The notes under the pieces are model-generated. The model saw nothing but the letters and a program-made list of their open reading frames with translations. It did no database searches and was not told the origin of the DNA. The position numbers and the translations under genes are program-made. From positions 1 to 38,635 of IMG/VR virus record IMGVR_UViG_3300036793_000011: DNA of 38,635 bases; one strand, 5' to 3'. Positions 19,385 to 27,773 of the stretch are shown here, piece after piece (positions within the stretch are counted from its first letter, which is position 1; each line of letters starts with the position of its first letter). This DNA is from a virus (Duplodnaviria; Caudoviricetes).

Positions 19385-20234
19385 GCCTGTCGGGCTTTCG
19401 ATGCGCCTCGCGGATGATCTGGACAGCCGCCGAAGGCCAGTAAACCGAGTGGTGAATGCGCGCCTTACTCTCGAAGTAGTAGAGCCCCGAAACCTTCACC
19501 GCCGAAGGACAGAACATCACGGAATAGAAGGTTTTAAGGTAAGTGCCGGTGTCGAGATAAAGCTCGGTCATCCCGCCGGGATTGGTCTGCGTCTGCGACT
19601 GGATCACTTCGATGCGCGGGATCGTCAGGAACACCCCGCCGAGGCGCGACAGGCTGGTGTAGGTGTTGACGTCTTCGTTGACCCTGCCGACGAACGCGAA
19701 CGGTCGTTCGACGTCGCACAGGAACGTGTTCATGGCCTTGCGCAGCGTGACCCCGCCGGGTCCGGAAATGTGGTCGCCGCCCTGCGACATGGCGATGGAG
19801 TGGACGGTCGGGATCGTCTCGAAATAGGCGATCATCGCGTCGAGCACGAGATCGAGGCACTCGGCGCGAGCGTGCGAGCCTTCGCCGCGTCGATCCGTGC
19901 GCAGATAGAACGACGAATAGTCGTCGTCGCACTCCATGAAGTAGCGGACGCCGACGTTGCGCGCGAGCTCCCAGCACGCGTTGCGGGCATAGAACACCGA
20001 GCGGCGGTCGCCGAAGTTGTCGCCCTCGTCGAAGTCGTTGGCGATCTTCTCTTTCGAGAACACCAGCACCGCGTCGCCGAACGCTTTGCGGTACGCGTCG
20101 GCGGTGTCGTCTTCGTCGTCGATCACGATGAAAATCTTGCCGGTGTAGCCGAAGCGGCGAAGCGCCTTGAACGTGTGCACCCGGTCGGCTCGACCGTGCG
20201 TGAGGATGAACACGGCGAAGTCGTCGCGCATCAC
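19338..20234 (-). CDS. GT-A glycosyltransferase of the TET-associated (TAGT/GREB1-like) type
   Basis: VFILTHGRA, YARNACW, DxD-type ECDDD, GRVNEDVNTY and QTNPGGMTELY motifs. Confidence 0.8.
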   Translation of the reverse strand: MMRDDFAVFILTHGRADRVHTFKALRRFGYTGKIFIVIDDEDDTADAYRKAFGDAVLVFSKEKIANDFDEGDNFGDRRSVFYARNACWELARNVGVRYFMECDDDYSSFYLRTDRRGEGSHARAECLDLVLDAMIAYFETIPTVHSIAMSQGGDHISGPGGVTLRKAMNTFLCDVERPFAFVGRVNEDVNTYTSLSRLGGVFLTIPRIEVIQSQTQTNPGGMTELYLDTGTYLKTFYSVMFCPSAVKVSGLYYFESKARIHHSVYWPSAAVQIIREAHRKPDRHGSRTHTQADADQAA

Positions 20235-21031
20235 GCGGCCTCGTCTTCGAGGTCTTCCTCCGGCATGTCGTCAGCGAGCCCGGCGAGGCGCTTGTTGATG
20301 CGGACGAAGCCGTTCTCGATGGCGGCCTCGAAGTCGATGATCACCAGCGCCGACGCCTCGAAAAGCCGTTGCTGTTCGGGCGGCGCGTGCGCGTAGAAAT
20401 CGGCGATCCGGTGGAAGTTGAAGGCGACGTGTCGGTCGGCTGCGGCGATCAGGAACGCGGCGATGTCTTCGGGGAGATCGGCGCTCGCTGAGATCGCGGC
20501 TTTGAGCTCGTCGGCCTTCGTCGTGTCGTATAGGTCCGCGACCGGCGGCTGTTCGCCCTTCGGCTCATAGATCGGCGCGACGAGCTTGCGGCTGTAATTC
20601 CCCCCTGGATCGTCGGGATTGAAAAGCTCGCTGAGCTCGGCTTCGTCGAAGCCGACGAGATCGAGATTGAACCCGGCGTCGGCGAGCGCGTCGAGCTCGA
20701 CTTTCAGGAGCTCGTCGTCCCACCCGGCGTTGAGCGCGAGCTTGTTGTCGGCGATCACGTAGGCTCGCTTCTGGCTCTCGGTCCAACCGACTGCGGTCAT
20801 CGTCGGCACGTCTTCCAGACCGAGCTTGTAAGCGGCGAGCACCCGACCGTGACCGGCGATGATCATCCCGGCTTCGTCGATCAGGATCGGGATCGTCCAA
20901 CCCCACTCGCGGATGCTGGCGGCGATCTGCGCGACCTGTGCCTCGTCGTGGGTTCGGGCGTTGCGCGCATACGGCACGAGCTCGGCGACCGGACGGCGCT
21001 CGACCTTGTCGGCGGGCCACTGGATCGTCAT
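20231..21031 (-). CDS. ParB/Srx-like N-terminal domain fused to a helical C-terminal domain
   Basis: LVPYARNARTH, IAASIREWGW, IIAGHGR and AYVIADNKL motifs. C-terminus YSRKLVAPIYEP...IADFYAHA...SALVIIDFEAAIENGFV, with no methylase motifs. Confidence 0.85.
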   Translation of the reverse strand: MTIQWPADKVERRPVAELVPYARNARTHDEAQVAQIAASIREWGWTIPILIDEAGMIIAGHGRVLAAYKLGLEDVPTMTAVGWTESQKRAYVIADNKLALNAGWDDELLKVELDALADAGFNLDLVGFDEAELSELFNPDDPGGNYSRKLVAPIYEPKGEQPPVADLYDTTKADELKAAISASADLPEDIAAFLIAAADRHVAFNFHRIADFYAHAPPEQQRLFEASALVIIDFEAAIENGFVRINKRLAGLADDMPEEDLEDEAA

Positions 21032-21059
21032 CCGTCAGCCCTCCGAGGTGCCGGGGCAG

Positions 21060-21172
21060 GCGCGAAAAACCGAACCTGAATTACGCGAAATTTCAAATTG
21101 CACTGGTGGGCCCGTTGCCTTGGATGGGCCTAAACGGACCGTGATGGCCCCCCCGGCATATACCGCCCCATG
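21060..21172. other. probable cos / packaging initiation region
   Basis: Non-coding gap between the HNH gene and the terS-proximal operon, with a G-run followed by AT-rich tracts on the minus strand. The call rests on position by analogy with HNH-cos-terminase phages. Confidence 0.5.
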
Positions 21173-21179
21173 AGGCGGC

Positions 21180-21284
21180 TCAGAACGGCGCGAAGCGGCC
21201 TGTCAGGAAGCCGAGAGCGAACGCAGCCGCGAACCAGCCGACCGCCTCCATGACGATCCTACGCGTGCTGTGCGGGCCGCTCAT
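21180..21284 (-). CDS. 34-aa hydrophobic peptide
   Basis: ATGA overlap with the HNH stop. MSGPHSTRRIVMEAVGWFAAAFALGFLTGRFAPF. Confidence 0.4.
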   Translation of the reverse strand: MSGPHSTRRIVMEAVGWFAAAFALGFLTGRFAPF

Positions 21285-21577
21285 GGCGCGCGGTCGAGCG
21301 GCCAGCCGTCAGCATCGCAGCCGAGGGGGAGCATCGACCGTTCCTCGCGTTTCTTGTCGACGTCGTGGTGGCGCTTGCAGAGTGATTGCAGCCGTCCGTT
21401 CCAGAACAGGTCGGCATCGCCACGGTGCGGCACGATATGATCGGCGACCGTCGCGGCGACATAGACGCCGCCATCCAGGCACATACGACAGAACGGCTCC
21501 GCTTTGAGTTGAGCGCGCGACCGATGACGCCATCGCGGCGTCCAGTACCAGTGCTGGTATCGCTGAGCGTCTGTCAT
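21281..21577 (-). CDS. HNH endonuclease (terminase-associated, HK97 gp74-like)
   Basis: PFCRMC, ATVADHIVPHRGD and LQSLCKRHH motifs. Start set at ATG 21577. Confidence 0.9.
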   Translation of the reverse strand: MTDAQRYQHWYWTPRWRHRSRAQLKAEPFCRMCLDGGVYVAATVADHIVPHRGDADLFWNGRLQSLCKRHHDVDKKREERSMLPLGCDADGWPLDRAP

Positions 21578-21688
21578 GAGGGGGATCAGGGCGGGCACGA
21601 CCTCGCCCCATGCCCAAGTTATCCGCTTAAACCTCTGGGTGTGCAAGGTTGTGTGCACCAGGGGGTGTGTCGCTACACCCAGCAGCCA

Positions 21689-22240
21689 CTAGCGCATGTG
21701 GTAGGCGCGGCTCAGGTTCTCTAACGATGCGACGATCATCTGGCTTTGTCGGATGGTCTGGGTGACGCCCGTCACGCGGCGCACGATGTCGCGCCAGGGG
21801 ATCGGGTGATCGTCCTCAACTGTCGCCACGACGAGCGACGCCAGGAGATCGCGGTCCATAGGTCCGACCCGGCTGAGCACGCGCTCGACGCGGTTCCCAG
21901 CGCTGAGCATCCGGTCGGTGAGGACGTGGTCGACATGGACGTGATCAGCCGCCGGGATGCCGAGCGGCGCGGGCTTTCCGTCGAGCGCCTTCCATTCCGC
22001 CCAATCCTGGCAAAGCTTCTCGGCTGCGACCGCCTGCGTCTTGGTGATCGTCTTCGTGTCGAGCAACTTCCGGAATGGTGAAGCCCGGTAGGCCGAGACG
22101 ATCCGCCGCGCGCGATCCAGCGAGACGACCGCGCCTTGATCTCGAAGTCGGCTGATTTCGGCGTCGATGGCCTGACGCTCGGCGCGCTTGCGCACGATCT
22201 CCTGGGGATCGGTAGGCTTGCGATTTCGCCGGGCGGACAT
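21689..22240 (-). CDS. putative late-gene transcription regulator
   Basis: Last early gene before HNH/cos. Helical C-terminus with WRDIVRR and LENLSRAY. Confidence 0.45.
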   Translation of the reverse strand: MSARRNRKPTDPQEIVRKRAERQAIDAEISRLRDQGAVVSLDRARRIVSAYRASPFRKLLDTKTITKTQAVAAEKLCQDWAEWKALDGKPAPLGIPAADHVHVDHVLTDRMLSAGNRVERVLSRVGPMDRDLLASLVVATVEDDHPIPWRDIVRRVTGVTQTIRQSQMIVASLENLSRAYHMR

Positions 22241-22272
22241 GCGCGGATATTACCGCGCCGTGATCTCGCCGA

Positions 22273-23307
22273 CTACGGTGTCGGTGGCGCTGCGAGCGGG
22301 AGCTCGGCGTTGCGCTTCTGCGACAGGATGCGCTGCACGGTCGTCGTGCCGAGTTGAACGTCGATGGCGATGTCGCGCTGGCTGAGCCCTTCCTTGGAAA
22401 GCTCGAAGATGCGCTCGGCGAGCTCGTCGGTGACGGTGCCGCGCCGAACCGGCGGCGCTTCGTCTTTTCCGCTGCGGCGATGCTGGATGCGCGGCACGTC
22501 GGCGAACAGGTTGAAGTCGAGCCCGACGATCCGGTAGCTCTCGCGATAGACCGGCGCGAGGCTGCGGATGTTGATCAGCGGCTCACCCAGCGCGAACGCG
22601 TTCCAGGCGCGCGCGGTCGCGGCGAACATCGCTTCGGCGGTGACGGTGTGCAGGCGCGAGCGCGTGCGCACTTCGAGCCAGGATCGCAGCGCATACGCCG
22701 GGTCGCTGGGTTGCAGCCGTAGGCCGGTCGCGACCGCATCGGCGAAGTCGTGCGCTTCACCATCCAGACGACGGCTCTCGGTGGCGAGGAACAGGACCGC
22801 CGCGAACGACGACGACGGCGACGCGATGCGCGCATGCTTGGCGTAGGCCGCGACCGTCTCAATGTGCGGGTGGGCGGTGATGAACGCCAGCAGCGCAGCC
22901 TTCGAGCCGGGCGTGTAGAGGTTCGTCCCTTGCAGGAACGCATAGGCGGTGCGGGCGCTCGACGCGACCAGCGTCGCGTTCGTCGTGCCGCGCATCGCCA
23001 GGACGTCGGCGACCGACCGTTTCGAGCCGGTGTCCATCGTCGCGATCTCAGCCTCCTCGACGTCGTACACGACGAACATTTCGACCGTGACGCCGCTTTC
23101 GATGATCGCCTCGATGCGGTTCTGGCCGTCGAGCAATTGGCCGCCCTTCGAGACGATGATCGGCTGGCCGTTCTGACCCCAGCGACCGGCTTTCATGTCG
23201 GCGGCGAATTGCACGACCATGTGCGGCTTCAACGGCCTGTTCTTGAACTTGTTGGCGCGCAGCGCGATAGCGCGCTCCGGCGTGATCGTTTCGACTTTTC
23301 CGTACAT
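22273..23307 (-). CDS. ParB-like (DGQHR-type) domain protein with C-terminal HTH
   Basis: ETITPE, NRPL, MKAGRW, NGQPII and LLDGQNR motifs. C-terminal GLSQRDIAIDVQLGTTTVQRIL. Start set at ATG 23307. Confidence 0.7.
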   Translation of the reverse strand: MYGKVETITPERAIALRANKFKNRPLKPHMVVQFAADMKAGRWGQNGQPIIVSKGGQLLDGQNRIEAIIESGVTVEMFVVYDVEEAEIATMDTGSKRSVADVLAMRGTTNATLVASSARTAYAFLQGTNLYTPGSKAALLAFITAHPHIETVAAYAKHARIASPSSSFAAVLFLATESRRLDGEAHDFADAVATGLRLQPSDPAYALRSWLEVRTRSRLHTVTAEAMFAATARAWNAFALGEPLINIRSLAPVYRESYRIVGLDFNLFADVPRIQHRRSGKDEAPPVRRGTVTDELAERIFELSKEGLSQRDIAIDVQLGTTTVQRILSQKRNAELPLAAPPTP

Positions 23308-23438
23308 GGCTGCGCCCTTTGAAATGACCGCGAAACTTCGCACGCGATCAACGTGCTTGCAAGGCGTGAGCGTCGCTGTGCGCATGAGTGCAAAACGCAC
23401 TCACTTCCGCGCACGCGCGAGCGCCGAACGCCAGCCAC

Positions 23439-23460
23439 AAAAAACCCCGCCGAAGCGGGG
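23439..23460 (-). terminator. Rho-independent terminator
   Basis: Minus strand reads CCCCGC-TTCG-GCGGGG-TTTTTT. Confidence 0.9.
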
Positions 23461-23482
23461 CTCAGTGCGCCGGTCGTGGCGG

Positions 23483-23713
23483 TCAATCTTCGTATCGCCA
23501 CCAGCTATAAGTCAGGCTCGGGATCAGGAGCTCGCCGCCGTCTTCGAGGTCGATGCGGTTGTCGTCGCCCATGCCCTTGAAGTAGCTGCCCGGCGTCGCA
23601 CGAACGACGAGGCCGACGTTGCCGACTGCGCGACAGTCGTCCGTTTGCTTGAACCGGATGCGACGCCCAGGCTCGGGGATCGCGTCGATGCGGTGTGTCC
23701 AGATGGTCGTCAT
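23483..23713 (-). CDS. hypothetical protein (76 aa)
   Basis: ATG 23713 overlaps the upstream stop, with a GGAGGG RBS. Ends just before the terminator. Confidence 0.6.
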   Translation of the reverse strand: MTTIWTHRIDAIPEPGRRIRFKQTDDCRAVGNVGLVVRATPGSYFKGMGDDNRIDLEDGGELLIPSLTYSWWRYED

Positions 23714-23898
23714 GCCGCCCTCCGACGCTTCCAGGCGGCTTTCGCGGCCTTGCTGCGGCGCTTGGTGCTGGCGATGCTGGCGCGCAGCGTCGTCACGAAA
23801 TGCTCGTGTCGGCGCGCATCCCAATACGCAGTCTGGATCGGGACATCGGGGCGGTCGATGCGCCGCTGGATCACGGCGGCGCGGATGCTGGGTGTCAT
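23710..23898 (-). CDS. small basic hypothetical protein
   Basis: First ORF after the repeat-containing intergenic region, coupled to the next gene. Confidence 0.55.
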   Translation of the reverse strand: MTPSIRAAVIQRRIDRPDVPIQTAYWDARRHEHFVTTLRASIASTKRRSKAAKAAWKRRRAA

Positions 23899-23939
23899 GG
23901 TCTAGCTCGTCTCTCACAGTTGAATGTGAGGCAGCGTTT

Positions 23940-23992
23940 ACACGCCTGCAAACAGGTCTGCAAGCACCTCGTTACACACGCCTGCAAACAGG
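23940..23992. repeat. 17-bp direct repeat, probable operator pair
   Basis: acacgcctgcaaacagg at 23940-23956 and 23976-23992, intergenic. Confidence 0.8.
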
Positions 23993-23997
23993 CCGGC

Positions 23998-24585
23998 TCA
24001 ATCGTCGAAAAAGTCACGCATCGGCGGATAGCGGTCGAAGTGTGCCGCAGAAAAAAGGAGCTCGTCGAAGCTCTCTGGTGGGGAGCCGCGCTGCAAAACC
24101 TTGCAGTAGGTGAGATCGGCCAGTCGTTCACCGGCACGATCAGCACGCACGACAGCGACGAGATCACCGACAGGCTCGCCGCCAACGACCCACAGCGAGC
24201 CGTCGTGCGCAACTAGCGCGTCACCGCCACGAGGGTTGTGAGCGATAAGGCGGCCCTCGTGCACTACCAGCCTGTGCGCCGGAACATGCTCGGCATACCA
24301 GCGCTTAGCGGCCTCAATTCGAGCTTCAAACTCAACTTCTGCCGCTCCCCACTCAGCCTTCCAGGCTGCGACCGCGATCTCATGCCGCTTGGTGTTGATC
24401 CGACCTTCCAGCCAACGGAGAATGTCCGTGTCTCGGTAGTAAAACGGCTTCCCCATCTTCACCCGCTCAGGAAAGCGCTGCGGGTCGTTGCGCCGCCAGT
24501 CATCGAAGGTGCGTCGCGAGACAGCCACGACGCCGTTATCGACGAGTTGCTTAAACGTCATCCACCGCCCTTCGGACATCGCCAT
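23998..24585 (-). CDS. AlpA/excisionase-like winged-helix protein with C-terminal extension
   Basis: WMTFKQL...VSRRTFDDWRR...FPERVKMG...YYRDTDILRWL pattern. Start overlaps the upstream TGA. Confidence 0.6.
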   Translation of the reverse strand: MAMSEGRWMTFKQLVDNGVVAVSRRTFDDWRRNDPQRFPERVKMGKPFYYRDTDILRWLEGRINTKRHEIAVAAWKAEWGAAEVEFEARIEAAKRWYAEHVPAHRLVVHEGRLIAHNPRGGDALVAHDGSLWVVGGEPVGDLVAVVRADRAGERLADLTYCKVLQRGSPPESFDELLFSAAHFDRYPPMRDFFDD

Positions 24586-25148
24586 CACCCCGCGAGTTGT
24601 CGATCCTTCGGCATCAGTGGAAGTTGGAGCGCGGCCTCCGTCGCGGCTCGCATGTCGGCTGTTTGAGCGCGCGACTGGCGCAGCCACCGAATGTCGAGCC
24701 CACCGCCTACGCGCAGCGTCACGAGGCATCGGTTGCCGACGAGATCGAGCCCGCCGTAGGGCCGCCAGTCATGAAGCACGAGCGGTCCGAGACGGTGTTG
24801 CTCATCGACCTTGCAGAACACCCAGCACGTCGGCTTTGCAGACGGAGGGCCGGAGAAGATCACGACGGCTTTTCCAGTCTCCCGCGCCAGCGCATCGGCT
24901 TTGTCGAGAGCTTCGACGTTCGGCGAGCCGCCCTTGATTTCAGCCCACGCGTCGAGCGCGCCTAGGTAGAAGTCAGGCCGATAGCCTCCCGTCGACAACT
25001 TAAACCCCATTGGCTCGTATTCCGGCGACAAGTTGAGCTCGTCGTCGAAAAGGTAGTGCCAACGGACTTCGTACTCATGCCGATACCATCTCCCACGCCA
25101 GAACACGCGGAACGGCGTTGCATTTCCTTGTCCTGGGTGGTTGTCCAT
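24585..25148 (-). CDS. PD-(D/E)XK nuclease-like protein
   Basis: EVRW, YEPMGF and YRPDFYL...WAEIKG motifs, with a GGAGG RBS. Confidence 0.75.
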   Translation of the reverse strand: MDNHPGQGNATPFRVFWRGRWYRHEYEVRWHYLFDDELNLSPEYEPMGFKLSTGGYRPDFYLGALDAWAEIKGGSPNVEALDKADALARETGKAVVIFSGPPSAKPTCWVFCKVDEQHRLGPLVLHDWRPYGGLDLVGNRCLVTLRVGGGLDIRWLRQSRAQTADMRAATEAALQLPLMPKDRQLAG

Positions 25149-25308
25149 GATGGCCTCCGTTGCTTAAAAACGGGGCAACTACTAGTCCTCACAAAAAGCC
25201 GACGTCGAGCTATCTTTTACAACTTGTCTGCCGAGAAACCTTACGGTCGTTGGCAATTGCGCGGCAAATGCATTCGGTTTCTTAGCAATTCACGATGCCG
25301 TGTGGTGA

Positions 25309-25686
25309 TCACTCCAAGTCGAAGGGCATCCGTTGACCGGGGCTCGGCGGGTATTTCACGACCAGCACGCTCGCGGCGTGCGCGCGCTGCACCATGTCGG
25401 CGGTTCCGCGCCCACCGGGAAACGCCAGCACGAGGTTCGGCTTGCCCTCGCTGAGCATCTGACCGTTGCGGATCGGACCGGCTGACGGGCCGTGCTTCTC
25501 CCAATCCGCTCGGAACGTGACGCAGCCGACGCCGCGATCTTCGGCCCACTCCCGCGCCAGCTTGTCAGCACCGCGCGCGCCGCCCTGGATGATCGTCACT
25601 GGACCGGAGCGCAGCGCCGCGTCGAGCACCATCCGGACCGCTCTCCCGTCGCGGTAGTGACGACCGCCGCACACCAACACTCTCAC
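25309..25686 (-). CDS. YspA-like SLOG family protein (DUF2493)
   Basis: MRVLVCGGR, IIQGGARGAD, AGPIRN and AFPGGRGTADM motifs. Confidence 0.88.
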   Translation of the reverse strand: MRVLVCGGRHYRDGRAVRMVLDAALRSGPVTIIQGGARGADKLAREWAEDRGVGCVTFRADWEKHGPSAGPIRNGQMLSEGKPNLVLAFPGGRGTADMVQRAHAASVLVVKYPPSPGQRMPFDLE

Positions 25687-25997
25687 TCGTCGCGCTCCTC
25701 ATCGTGGCCGTAGTGCGGCTGTCCGAACTCTCGGTCGCGCTTGCGCGCCCAACGCGTCCGCGCCGCCTTGCTGGCGATCTCCGACCGGCGCTCCGGTGTC
25801 AAGGCTGCGGCTCGGGCTCGACCGCCGCGCGCGCGGTTGGGTTCCCGGCGCATCCGATAGTCGAGCTCGAAAAGCGTCGCCTGACCGGCTTCGAGCCAGC
25901 GCACCGCTTGCACGAGCGCCGCGCGCGCCTGACTGAAATCGCGCAGCGCTGAGCGCCAGAGCGTCTCGTCGTCGGAATAGGACGGGTCGTCGCTCAT
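25683..25997 (-). CDS. hypothetical basic protein
   Basis: Carries the GGRARAAALTPERRSEIASKAARTRW motif seen in small phage nucleic-acid-binding proteins. Confidence 0.65.
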   Translation of the reverse strand: MSDDPSYSDDETLWRSALRDFSQARAALVQAVRWLEAGQATLFELDYRMRREPNRARGGRARAAALTPERRSEIASKAARTRWARKRDREFGQPHYGHDEERDE

Positions 25998-25999
25998 GC

Positions 26000-26245
26000 T
26001 CAGAACGGGGGTCGGCGCGACGGATAGAGCTTATCGAGCCGCCAGCGGCCACCGATAAACATCGCGTAGCAATAGACCTTCGGCTCGGTGCGCAGCGCCG
26101 CTTGCAGCCAGTCCGGAAGATCGCCGACCTCGACGTGCTCCATGTGCCGCCGACCCTCGGCATAGATCAACACCGGACCATCTGGCGGCACGAGCGCGCG
26201 TTGCACTTTGACGATCTCGCTCACCACCCACCTCGCTTTGCTCAT
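26000..26245 (-). CDS. hypothetical protein
   Basis: Tightly packed within the operon. IVKVQR...VLIYAE. Confidence 0.6.
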   Translation of the reverse strand: MSKARWVVSEIVKVQRALVPPDGPVLIYAEGRRHMEHVEVGDLPDWLQAALRTEPKVYCYAMFIGGRWRLDKLYPSRRPPF

Positions 26246-26574
26246 TCACACGGAACCCCAGCCGGATTGAGCCGCGCCAGGATCGTCGCGACGAACTCGC
26301 GATGTCCGCGCTCGGCTTCGTCCCAGGTCGAATATCGAGCGCCGTCGCCACGCTCGTAATCGTCGAACACCAGCGTTTCAAAGAGGATCGGCGGGCCGTC
26401 GCCGAAGCGGTGATCGAGCCCCAGGAACACCGTCGAGACGACGAGCCCAGGCCCGAGCTCGTCGCGCGCGACATGCCGGTCGGCTGTCTCAAACCACGCG
26501 CCCCATTCGAGCACGTCCTCGACCTCGACCGGCTCGTGTCCGTTCAGGATGTAGTGGCCGAGCCGACCCTTCAT
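26242..26574 (-). CDS. conserved phage hypothetical protein
   Basis: VSTVFLGLDHRFGDGPPILFETLVF and RYSTWDEAERGH motifs. ATGA overlap at 26574. Confidence 0.75.
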   Translation of the reverse strand: MKGRLGHYILNGHEPVEVEDVLEWGAWFETADRHVARDELGPGLVVSTVFLGLDHRFGDGPPILFETLVFDDYERGDGARYSTWDEAERGHREFVATILARLNPAGVPCE

Positions 26575-26984
26575 GCGGCCATGCGCCGCCGATGTTGTCG
26601 CCGCCGCTCGTGGCCGACCGCAGCTTGCAGCACGTCGACGAAAGCCGCTCGCAGGTTCGTATCGAGCGAAGCGAAGGCGCGGATCGCGTCGACCATGCCG
26701 GGCGTCTCGGCGACGAGCTCCATCGTGTCTTCCCACAGCCGATGTGTCGGTTCTGCGTCAGGTGCGCCCGGCGCGCTGTCGAGCAAGTAACCAGGCCGAA
26801 CCCCGAGCGCGATGGCGATCTCGACCAGCTTCGAGCAACTGATCCGGTTCGCGCCGCGCTCGTATTTCTGGATTTGCTGGAACGTGAGCCCGATGGCGTC
26901 GGCGAGCGCCTCTTGGCTCATGCCGCGATCCTTCCGGACCAGTCGAACCTTCGCGCCAACGTGTGCGTCGACTTCGTGAACCAT
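26571..26984 (-). CDS. XRE-family HTH regulator (alphaproteobacterial type)
   Basis: VDAHVGAKVR...GMSQEALADAIGLTFQQIQKYERGANRIS. Confidence 0.9.
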   Translation of the reverse strand: MVHEVDAHVGAKVRLVRKDRGMSQEALADAIGLTFQQIQKYERGANRISCSKLVEIAIALGVRPGYLLDSAPGAPDAEPTHRLWEDTMELVAETPGMVDAIRAFASLDTNLRAAFVDVLQAAVGHERRRQHRRRMAA

Positions 26985-26997
26985 CTTCAATCTCCCC

Positions 26998-27171
26998 CTA
27001 GTGGCCCGCCATTGTGGCGAACGTATCAAACAAAGCTCCGGCAGCGATCCCGGCCAGCGCGCCCGTCACCATCACCAGCCGACGCGGCCAATGGCGCGGC
27101 GAGGTCATCGCGACGCGCCAGCCCGCGAAGCCGGGCGCGACGACGTGCGCGCAGAGCCAGAACATCGTCAT
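26998..27171 (-). CDS. small membrane protein (57 aa)
   Basis: Not in the track. MTMFWLCAHVVAPG...LVMVTGALAGIAAGALF, with ATGA overlap. Confidence 0.5.
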   Translation of the reverse strand: MTMFWLCAHVVAPGFAGWRVAMTSPRHWPRRLVMVTGALAGIAAGALFDTFATMAGH

Positions 27172-27323
27172 CGGCACGCTCCGATCAGGTGGATCATGAG
27201 CGCGACGCCGAGAAGCATGTCGCCGACCGCGAGCGCCAGGAAGCCGAAGACGACCAGCATCACGAGCCGCAGCGGAACCGCGATCACGGCGGGGACGAAG
27301 CGTGGCGGCTGTGGCGCGTTCAT
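27168..27323 (-). CDS. small membrane protein (51 aa)
   Basis: Not in the track. MNAPQPPRFVPAVIAVPLRLVMLVVFGFLALAVGDMLLGVALMIHLIGACR, with ATGA overlaps at both ends. Confidence 0.55.
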   Translation of the reverse strand: MNAPQPPRFVPAVIAVPLRLVMLVVFGFLALAVGDMLLGVALMIHLIGACR

Positions 27324-27565
27324 CGCTCGGCCTCGATCAAGATCGTCCGCAGACGCAGTTGCAGCCGCGCCATCGGTGGCGTCAGCCAGGAGAACCGGGT
27401 CGGCGGTGAGCCGCCCTCGCTGACGCGCCGCAGCGCGTCGTCGCTCATGCTGAGAAGCGGGTCGACCGCTTCACGGATCGACGCCACCAGCCAGTCGGAA
27501 AGCGCGTCAGGGCCGAGCTCGGCGGCGGCTCTCGCGACGTCCTCGGAGGTCAGGTCAAGCATCAT
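27320..27565 (-). CDS. hypothetical protein
   Basis: Packed within the operon. Confidence 0.55.
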   Translation of the reverse strand: MMLDLTSEDVARAAAELGPDALSDWLVASIREAVDPLLSMSDDALRRVSEGGSPPTRFSWLTPPMARLQLRLRTILIEAER

Positions 27566-27773
27566 CGGTCCACCCCTGCGACTGGCGAAATTTGATCATG
27601 CTTTCGAGGCTGCGGATCGTCAGGCAGTCGAGCACCCAAGCGACCGTTGCCTCGCCTTCGTCGAGCGCTGGGTAACGCTGGCGCACCGTCTCGCGTCCGA
27701 CGTGATCGAGCTCTTGGCCGACGAGATAGATCAGTAGGTCGCGGATGCTTTTCACTTCGCGGACCCCGGTCAT
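27555..27773 (-). CDS. hypothetical protein (72 aa)
   Basis: ATG 27773 overlaps the upstream stop. Confidence 0.55.
   Translation of the reverse strand: MTGVREVKSIRDLLIYLVGQELDHVGRETVRQRYPALDEGEATVAWVLDCLTIRSLESMIKFRQSQGWTDDA

Noticed and set aside
740-20396. Many long plus-strand ORFs (e.g. 740-2215, 2275-3618, 3709-5022, 15198-16595, 17817-18863, 19260-20396)
   Set aside because: They are antisense shadows of well-supported minus-strand genes in high-GC DNA, Arg-rich and without recognisable motifs.
20231-21031. ParB-fused DNA methyltransferase
   Set aside because: No DPPY/NPPY or FxGxG motifs follow the ParB-like domain.
23940-23992. Possible CRISPR mini-array
   Set aside because: Only two 17-bp repeats with a 19-bp gap and no cas genes. 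An operator pair fits better.
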